From Dubosiella newyorkensis (GTDB lineage: Bacteria > Bacillota_I > Bacilli_A > Erysipelotrichales > Erysipelotrichaceae), in the NCBI RefSeq assembly GCF_001945605.1, contig NZ_MPKA01000054.1, forward strand, positions 1,723 through 33,722: a DNA stretch of 32,000 bases, in the 5' to 3' direction. The translations under genes were made by a program, and so were the position numbers. This document shows, one piece after another, positions 26,262 through 32,000 of this stretch (positions are counted from its first letter, which is position 1; each line of letters begins with the position of its first letter). Under the pieces are notes generated by a model, which did not search any database, was not told the origin of the DNA, and saw only the letters and a program-made list of their open reading frames with translations.

Positions 26262-26494
26262 ATAAAACAAAGAAAAGAAGTAGTACAGGCGGAGCGGTTG
26301 TTAGAGAAGTGACGGTTGGTGCAAGTCATTGAACTTTACGTTTGGAACGTGTCTTGGAGTTGCATAGTCGATGGATACGGAGGCTATGATCGTGAATTCG
26401 CGTTAAGAATGAGATGTCATCCATATCGAGTGGATGGAAGTTTGGTGGTACCGCGTAATGTTTACGTCCTTTCGTTTCGAGGGGACGTTTTTTT
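26262..26494 (+). promoter_or_regulatory. T-box riboswitch leader, specifier most likely CGU (Arg)
   Basis: AGUA (26282-85), AGAGA bulge (26303-07), distal loop GGUUGGUGCAAG, F-box-like GCGUUAAG, and T-box AAGUUUGGUGGUACCGCG (26438-55). Terminator acgtcc..ggggacgt followed by T7 (26464-94). Stem I pairing CAGGCG / CGUUUG places GAA-CGU-G in the specifier loop. Confidence 0.8.
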
Positions 26495-26524
26495 GTGCCT
26501 GTATCGCAGAAAAGGAGAAGGAAT

Positions 26525-27307
26525 ATGAATAAACTTTTAAAAATTGGTGCTGCGGCCATGCTTGCCGCTGCAACTTTAGTGGGATGCTCATCTTCGAAAA
26601 GCTCAGAAGGATCGGAAGAAAAACCGCAAGAGATCTTGATCGGTATTTCTCCAGACTATATGCCTTATGAAGGTTTGGATGAAGATGGAAAACTCGAAGG
26701 ATTCGATATCGACATGACCAAATGGTTGTTCGATTATATGAACGAGAATGGTCACAATTACTCGTATGAGTTTAAGGAGCTTTCGTTCGATACGATCATT
26801 ACGGCCCTTCAATCTGACCAGATCGATCTAGGAATTTCTGGTTTCACATACGATGAGGAACGGGAAGGCTTGTTCTCCGATTCTTATTATGATTCTGCAC
26901 AAGTCATGGTCGTCAATGCGGATTCCGATATTCAATCATCGAAAGATCTGAACGGAAAACTTGTCGGCGCTCAGCAAGGCGCGACAGGCGAGGATGTTGC
27001 CAACGATATTGAGGGAGCTGAAGTCCAAGCGATGCAAGATGTAAAAGTATTGATGGAATCTTTAAAAGCAAAAGGTTTGGATGCGGTCGTGATCGACCAA
27101 GCGGTTGCGGACAATTATGCGGTCAATGGCGATTATAAAGTATTGGATGAAAAACTTCTGGATGAAGAGAATATCATCTATACGACAGAGAAGCACAAAG
27201 ACTTATTGGATGACATCAATAAAGCAATCGAAGCATTCAAAGCGAGCGATGATTATCAAACACTCGTAAAGAAGTGGTTTGGCGCTTCTGGAGAAGTCAG
27301 TGAATAA
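26525..27307 (+). CDS. Polar amino-acid ABC transporter substrate-binding lipoprotein (SBP family 3)
   Basis: Lipobox LVGC and AAGGAG RBS. ...ILIGISPDYMPYE...GFDIDM...DLGISGFT.... Confidence 0.85.
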   Translation: MNKLLKIGAAAMLAAATLVGCSSSKSSEGSEEKPQEILIGISPDYMPYEGLDEDGKLEGFDIDMTKWLFDYMNENGHNYSYEFKELSFDTIITALQSDQIDLGISGFTYDEEREGLFSDSYYDSAQVMVVNADSDIQSSKDLNGKLVGAQQGATGEDVANDIEGAEVQAMQDVKVLMESLKAKGLDAVVIDQAVADNYAVNGDYKVLDEKLLDEENIIYTTEKHKDLLDDINKAIEAFKASDDYQTLVKKWFGASGEVSE

Positions 27308-27971
27308 GGTTTTCTCCCCCGAAAATATTGAATTTTTGCTCAAAGGTGCCGGCGTAAGTATTGCGCTGGCCTTTGGTGCTTTAGTGATCGGGGCACTGAT
27401 CGGCGTGATCGTGGCGGCCGGTAAATTATCGAAAGTCAAGATCTTGAATTGGTTGTCGAATATATATGTAGAACTTTTTCGCGGAACGCCAATGCTGTTG
27501 CAAATCCTCTTCTTTTATTTAGGAGTACCTGTCCTTATTTCGATGGTCACTGGAGCTAGAGTTCGAATGAATGTCTATGTCGTCGCGCTTGTCGCCCTTT
27601 CTTTGAATTCGGGCGCCTATCAAACGGAATTGATCCGTTCAGGGATCCAAGGCGTGGATAAAGGACAATGGGAAGCATGTGAAACGTTAGGGATTTCCTA
27701 TTGGACGATGATGAAAGAAGTCATCTTGCCACAAGCGTTCAAACGCATCGTGCCGCCATTGGTTTCAGAATTCATCACGCTGATCAAAGATTCGTCTTTA
27801 GCATCTGTAATCGGAACCGGAGAGTTGATGTATCGAACACAAGCGTTAGGTGCCCGCTATTACAACTACTTATATCCGCTGTTGATAGCGACAGTATTTT
27901 ATTTAGTGATGACACTTTGTGTATCTTGGATCGGCAAGAAAATAGAAAAGAGGTTAGCGGTCAGTGATTAG
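27300..27971 (+). CDS. Amino-acid ABC transporter permease (His/Glu/Gln/Arg family)
   Basis: [15 protein letters not shown], and the EAA-like loop [24 protein letters not shown]. Start set at GTG 27300 after GGAGAAG; ATG 27279 is an alternative. Confidence 0.85.
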   Translation: MNKVFSPENIEFLLKGAGVSIALAFGALVIGALIGVIVAAGKLSKVKILNWLSNIYVELFRGTPMLLQILFFYLGVPVLISMVTGARVRMNVYVVALVALSLNSGAYQTELIRSGIQGVDKGQWEACETLGISYWTMMKEVILPQAFKRIVPPLVSEFITLIKDSSLASVIGTGELMYRTQALGARYYNYLYPLLIATVFYLVMTLCVSWIGKKIEKRLAVSD

Positions 27972-28695
27972 AGCAGAACATATTTCAAAAAGCTTTGGGA
28001 AGCTGCATGCCCTCAATGACGTATCCCTCAATGTAGAAAAAGGAGAAGTTGTTTGTTTGATCGGACCTTCTGGTTCGGGAAAATCAACGTTTTTACGTTG
28101 CATCCATGGACTAGAGATCCCGGATTCAGGAAGTCGATATTTGGATGGTGAATTGATGGATCCAAACGACAAGAAAAAATACGGCGAACAAAGAGAACGT
28201 ATGGGATTCGTATTCCAGCATTTTAATTTATTTCCAAATAAGACGGTGTTGGACAATTGTACTTTAGCGCAGCAGTCGGTTTTAAAACGAACAAAAGAAG
28301 AAGCCGAACAAGTGGCTTTAGAATATTTAAAAAAGGTAGGTCTTCTTGATAAAAAGGATTCATATCCTAATGCGTTATCAGGAGGTCAAAAGCAGCGTGT
28401 GGCGATCGCGAGAGCCTTGTGCATGAATCCGGAAATCATGTTGTTCGATGAACCGACTTCAGCGCTTGATCCTGAAATGATCAAAGAGGTGCTTGAAGTC
28501 ATGAAAGATCTCGCTTCTCAAGGGATGACGATGATCGTAGTGACTCACGAGATGGGGTTTGCCCGCAAAGTTGGAAGCAAAGTCGTATTCTTAGAGGCTG
28601 GAAAGGTGGTCGAAGAATCCGATTCCGAATCATTCTTTACGAACCCGAAAAGCGATCGTGCTAAAGACTTTTTAAGCAAGGTATTCTATGAATGA
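27964..28695 (+). CDS. Amino-acid ABC transporter ATP-binding protein
   Basis: [28 protein letters not shown]. 8-nt overlap with the permease. Confidence 0.9.
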   Translation: MIRAEHISKSFGKLHALNDVSLNVEKGEVVCLIGPSGSGKSTFLRCIHGLEIPDSGSRYLDGELMDPNDKKKYGEQRERMGFVFQHFNLFPNKTVLDNCTLAQQSVLKRTKEEAEQVALEYLKKVGLLDKKDSYPNALSGGQKQRVAIARALCMNPEIMLFDEPTSALDPEMIKEVLEVMKDLASQGMTMIVVTHEMGFARKVGSKVVFLEAGKVVEESDSESFFTNPKSDRAKDFLSKVFYE

Positions 28696-29786
28696 AGCTG
28701 AAGGATTTTTATTGTGAACAATGGATGACGGCGTATGAGAAAGAGGCTGTCTACAATATGACGGATACTTCTTTTTCGGCGCTCTCTTTCCATGATCTCT
28801 TTGATTCAAAGAGTTTAGAGGAATTTGATCCTTTGCTGGATTATGGAGAGATCACAGGAGATCGAGGTTTGAAAAAGGAGATCGAGCGGCTATATACAAC
28901 GAACGATCGCGCTTTGACCTTCTGTCATGGGGCTTTGGAAGGAAATGAACATGTCATGAGCACCCTTCTCGAGCCGGGGGATCATGTGATCGCTTTTCGG
29001 CCCGGCTATCAGCAATTTTATGAGTATCCGCGTTCGCTTGGTTGCACAGTGGATGTGCTGGATTATGAAGAAGAAAATGGCTGGAAGCTTCCTTTTGATG
29101 CGATCGAGAACACGATTTGCGAAAAGACGAAGATGATCGTTTTGGCAAGTCCTGCCAATCCAACAGGAACGACGCTTACTTTAAAAGAATGGGAGCGACT
29201 GATCGAATTATGCAAGTCGCATTCTATTTATATTTTGTGCGATGAAGTCTATCGTGGATTGATGCAGACACCTTCTGTTTCTGATCTTTATGAGTACGGG
29301 ATTTCGACAGGTTCGTTGTCGAAGGTCTATGCTCTTCCTGGCTTGCGTTTTGGGTGGATCCGCGCTCGAGAAAGTGTGATCGATAAGATCAATATTCGGC
29401 GAGATTATACGTTTATTTCGACTGGGCCTTTGGTCGACGGCTTGGCTAAAAGGGCATTTGGAAAGAAAGATTGGATCTTGAAGCGGAGTTGGGCGCTTCT
29501 TGCGGAAAATAGGAAGATCTTAGCGGAGTGGCTGGCTTTTGATCCTCGTTTTTCGATTCGACTGTACGAAGAATCTCCGGTTGCCTTTTTGAAGTATGAT
29601 TTTGATTGGCTATCAAAAACGTTTTGTCTGCAAGCTCTCAAGGAAGCGGGAATCTTTTTTGTGCCAGGCAGCTGTTTTGGCTGCGAATATCATGTGCGGC
29701 TAGGTTTAGGAAGAGAGAGCGATTCCTTTAAAAAGGGCTTATACCAATTATCGCATTGGCTTGATGAAACGTTGAAAAAGACATAA
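28692..29786 (+). CDS. Class I/II PLP-dependent aminotransferase
   Basis: ASPANPTG...DEVY...[16 protein letters not shown] (PLP lysine motif). ATGA overlap with the ATPase stop. Confidence 0.8.
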   Translation: MKLKDFYCEQWMTAYEKEAVYNMTDTSFSALSFHDLFDSKSLEEFDPLLDYGEITGDRGLKKEIERLYTTNDRALTFCHGALEGNEHVMSTLLEPGDHVIAFRPGYQQFYEYPRSLGCTVDVLDYEEENGWKLPFDAIENTICEKTKMIVLASPANPTGTTLTLKEWERLIELCKSHSIYILCDEVYRGLMQTPSVSDLYEYGISTGSLSKVYALPGLRFGWIRARESVIDKINIRRDYTFISTGPLVDGLAKRAFGKKDWILKRSWALLAENRKILAEWLAFDPRFSIRLYEESPVAFLKYDFDWLSKTFCLQALKEAGIFFVPGSCFGCEYHVRLGLGRESDSFKKGLYQLSHWLDETLKKT

Positions 29787-29822
29787 ATTATATGATATTA
29801 TGTGTTTACAAGGGGTGTTGAG

Positions 29823-30317
29823 ATGAAAAAGGGTTTCTTAATTTTGTGTGCTTTGTGCTTGTGTGGCTGTACACGAATCAACAAAGCGCCGTCTGCAGAA
29901 AAGGTAGAGAAAAAACAAGAAGAGGAATTGACTCAGCATACTTTGGAATGTATAAAGGATTCGGATTCGATGTCATTTGTTGCGGTGGGGGATATGCTTC
30001 AACAACAAACACAAGTGTTCTATATGACGTATGAGGATCTAGGAATCAACGAAGGATTGAACCATGATGATTTACTGAAGGCGATCAACGAGAAGCTCGC
30101 TCAATCCTATGGTGCTTTACAAGGTGTGGATGTGGTGAGCTCACTGGAAGATAATCGAGTAAAAGTTACAGTGAGTATCGACTACAACCAAGCAAATATT
30201 CAAGCTTTGATCGATGCGGGACTGCTTCATGAGGGTGAAGTGGAAACAAAATACGTGAGTTTAGGTAAAACGCAAAAGCAGTTGGAAGATGATGGGTTTG
30301 CATGTACAGTTCAATAA
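29823..30317 (+). CDS. Lipoprotein, possibly DUF1307/YehR-like
   Basis: MKKGFLILCALCLCGC lipobox. The overall pattern resembles YehR-type lipoproteins from memory. Confidence 0.55.
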   Translation: MKKGFLILCALCLCGCTRINKAPSAEKVEKKQEEELTQHTLECIKDSDSMSFVAVGDMLQQQTQVFYMTYEDLGINEGLNHDDLLKAINEKLAQSYGALQGVDVVSSLEDNRVKVTVSIDYNQANIQALIDAGLLHEGEVETKYVSLGKTQKQLEDDGFACTVQ

Positions 30318-30366
30318 TTGAAGCGGCTTGAATCACCGCTTTTTTTGAGATGTAAGGGGGTTCACG

Positions 30367-30987
30367 TTGCGATATTATATTTCTGATACACATTTTTGTC
30401 ACCGGTCTTTATTGGATAAGATGGATGTCCGCGGATTTGAATCGGTGGAAGAGATGAACGAGTACATGATCGATCAATGGAATCAAAAAGTCGGCAAGCG
30501 GGATGAGGTCGTGATCCTTGGCGATTTTTCATGGGGAAATGCGGAAGAGACGATGGATATCTTAAGGCGTCTGCATGGAAGAAAATTTTTGATTCGTGGA
30601 AACCATGATCATTTTTTAGACGATAAAGCGTTTGATCCTTCTTTATTTGGATGGGTCAAGGATTATGCGGAATTGAATGATAATCGGCGTAAAGTCGTTT
30701 TGTCACATTATCCGATCGTTTTCTATAATGGGCAATATCGAAGAGATGAAAACGGAAATCCCAAAACGTATATGCTGCACGGTCATATTCATAATACCCA
30801 AGATCAAGTATATTTGAATGCTTTTAAAGACTATTTGAGCAAACAAAACCATATTTCGATCGGAGGAGGACTTGAGAGCGTTCCTTGTCAAATCATCAAT
30901 TGTTTTTGTGTGGATTCTGATTATGTACCTATGACACTGGATGAATGGATCGAAATCGAAAAAACAAGAAGGCAAAAGGAAGTGTAG
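30367..30987 (+). CDS. Metallophosphoesterase
   Basis: ISDTHF, GDFSWG, GNHD and HGHIH motifs. TTG start after AAGGGGG. Confidence 0.75.
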   Translation: MRYYISDTHFCHRSLLDKMDVRGFESVEEMNEYMIDQWNQKVGKRDEVVILGDFSWGNAEETMDILRRLHGRKFLIRGNHDHFLDDKAFDPSLFGWVKDYAELNDNRRKVVLSHYPIVFYNGQYRRDENGNPKTYMLHGHIHNTQDQVYLNAFKDYLSKQNHISIGGGLESVPCQIINCFCVDSDYVPMTLDEWIEIEKTRRQKEV

Positions 30988-31014
30988 AAAGCACTTCGGA
31001 TAAGGTGAGGGTAT

Positions 31015-31764
31015 ATGGAGAAATTGCAATCGAAGAAGGGCGGAAAGGCTCTTTATGTTCAAATCAAGGAGATTTACCGGGAAAAGATCTTAAATGGCGA
31101 TTTGAAACATGGTGATAAGATCGAAAGTGAGATGGAGATCCAAAAGATGTTTGGTGTTTCGCGGATCACAGCGCGTCAAGCGATCCTTGACCTCGAAAAA
31201 GAAGGGATGGTCAATCGCGGGCGCGGGCGAGGAACGTTTGTAATCTGGAAGCCGGCGATCAAAGAAACACTTTCGGAAGTGAGAAGCTTCACCCACGAGA
31301 TGGAGCTGCATGGCCGTGTTCCAGGAACGAGCAGCTACACGGTGAATCGAGAGATCATTGCAGAAAAGGCGGCAAAGATCTTTGGCCTCGATCCAAAAGA
31401 AGAAATGTATTGTTTCCGCAGAGTTCGTACGGCAGACGATATCAAGCTTGTCTATATGGTTTCGTATTTTCCGCTCGATACGGATCTTCCATTCAGCGAA
31501 GATAAAGAACAAGACCCAATGTTTGAAAAGTTTGATATCGTGAAAACCGGAAAGCCAAAGCGGGTCGAAGAAGAATTCAGCGCAGAGATTCCGAGCGATG
31601 AAGTTCGCGAATCTCTCAACATCCCCAAATCGCTGCCAGTATTGGCGCGCAAGCGTGTAACGTACGATAAAGATAATAATATTATCGAATACACGATCAG
31701 CTATTATCGAAGCGATCTTTATACTTATATGCATTCCACAGGTAAGATCGCGTATAATCATTAA
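31015..31764 (+). CDS. GntR-family (HutC/UTRA type) transcriptional regulator
   Basis: Winged HTH SEMEIQKMFGVSRITARQAILDLEKEGMV plus a C-terminal UTRA-like domain. Confidence 0.85.
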   Translation: MEKLQSKKGGKALYVQIKEIYREKILNGDLKHGDKIESEMEIQKMFGVSRITARQAILDLEKEGMVNRGRGRGTFVIWKPAIKETLSEVRSFTHEMELHGRVPGTSSYTVNREIIAEKAAKIFGLDPKEEMYCFRRVRTADDIKLVYMVSYFPLDTDLPFSEDKEQDPMFEKFDIVKTGKPKRVEEEFSAEIPSDEVRESLNIPKSLPVLARKRVTYDKDNNIIEYTISYYRSDLYTYMHSTGKIAYNH

Positions 31765-31776
31765 ATTTGTTGAAAG

Positions 31777-31805
31777 AATCGGATCCTAAACGGGTTCGAT
31801 TTTTG
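31777..31805 (+). terminator. Terminator after the GntR gene
   Basis: aatcggatcc / gggttcgatt stem (two G-U pairs) followed by a T-run. Confidence 0.6.
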
Positions 31806-31911
31806 TTTATAAAAAAATCGAAATTTTTTTCTTTTTTTGCTTGCACGCCTAGGAAAGCTATGCTAATATAAGTCCTGACTTTACAAGTTAAAAGGAAATT
31901 ATAGTACTCAA

Positions 31912-31947
31912 AAAACGATCTTAGAGATTTTTCTCCAAGATCGTTTT
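31912..31947 (-). terminator. Terminator hairpin of the convergent gene entering from the window end
   Basis: aaaacgatctt / aagatcgtttt 11-bp stem. On the minus strand it is followed by TTTTTT. Confidence 0.6.
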
Positions 31948-32000
31948 AATTTGCTTCTTCTTCAGAACGAAATTGTTGATCGGAAGCATATATTTAGCGG
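31921..32000 (-). CDS. 3' end of an unidentified CDS entering from beyond the window
   Basis: This is the only minus-strand frame open from the edge: ...AKYMLPINNFVLKKKQIKTILEKNL*. The stop lies in the hairpin loop. Too short to identify. Confidence 0.3.
   Translation of the reverse strand, partial: AKYMLPINNFVLKKKQIKTILEKNL

Noticed and set aside
26316-26591. Several 60-77-aa ORFs on both strands between UPF0210 and the ABC transporter
   Set aside because: The region is a T-box leader with promoter, conserved boxes and terminator.
31090-31761. 223-aa minus-strand ORF covering almost the entire GntR gene
   Set aside because: It is a shadow ORF. The plus-strand frame has a clear GntR winged-HTH, an RBS and a terminator. 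The antisense translation is low-complexity, F/I/R-rich, and has no start context.

Overview
Chromosomal segment from a low-GC Gram-positive (Bacillota-type) genome. This is supported by a T-box leader, a THF riboswitch upstream of an ECF FolT gene, and ftsEX / M23 peptidase / ctp / uvrB synteny. Most of the window is tightly packed housekeeping: ybaK-like deacylase, a GTPase, two tRNA-Ile/tRNA-Ala cassettes, the cell-division cluster, uvrB, ung, folC, yihY, pta, ACT+UPF0210, an amino-acid ABC importer with an aminotransferase, and a GntR regulator. This core has roughly 45-50% GC by eye and is very rich in GATC. Three AT-richer, GATC-poorer patches sit in it. (A) 1-2000 holds a partial IS21-family element that truncates an HNH nuclease gene, plus a frameshifted Cys-rich ORF. 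(B) 3890-4560 is a small RHH-gene segment between the two tRNA cassettes, close to an N-terminally truncated serine-recombinase remnant. (C) about 17750-21300 holds a 972-aa PLD-nuclease / SF2-helicase / DUF3427 protein with SauUSI-like type IV restriction architecture, and a divergent TetR gene broken in an A9 run. The restriction gene overlaps a downstream MutT-type Nudix gene by 20 nt. I rank that pair as the best candidate for a previously undescribed two-gene module, with a clear caveat that the adjacency may be accidental. Other points worth a second look are an unusual ftsX-M23-ftsE-ftsX arrangement, an apparently arginine-specific (CGU) T-box controlling a transporter plus aminotransferase, and a palindrome present three times in 1.5 kb. 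No CRISPR array or rRNA gene was seen. All calls rest on reading the sequence and ORF translations by eye; no database search was run.
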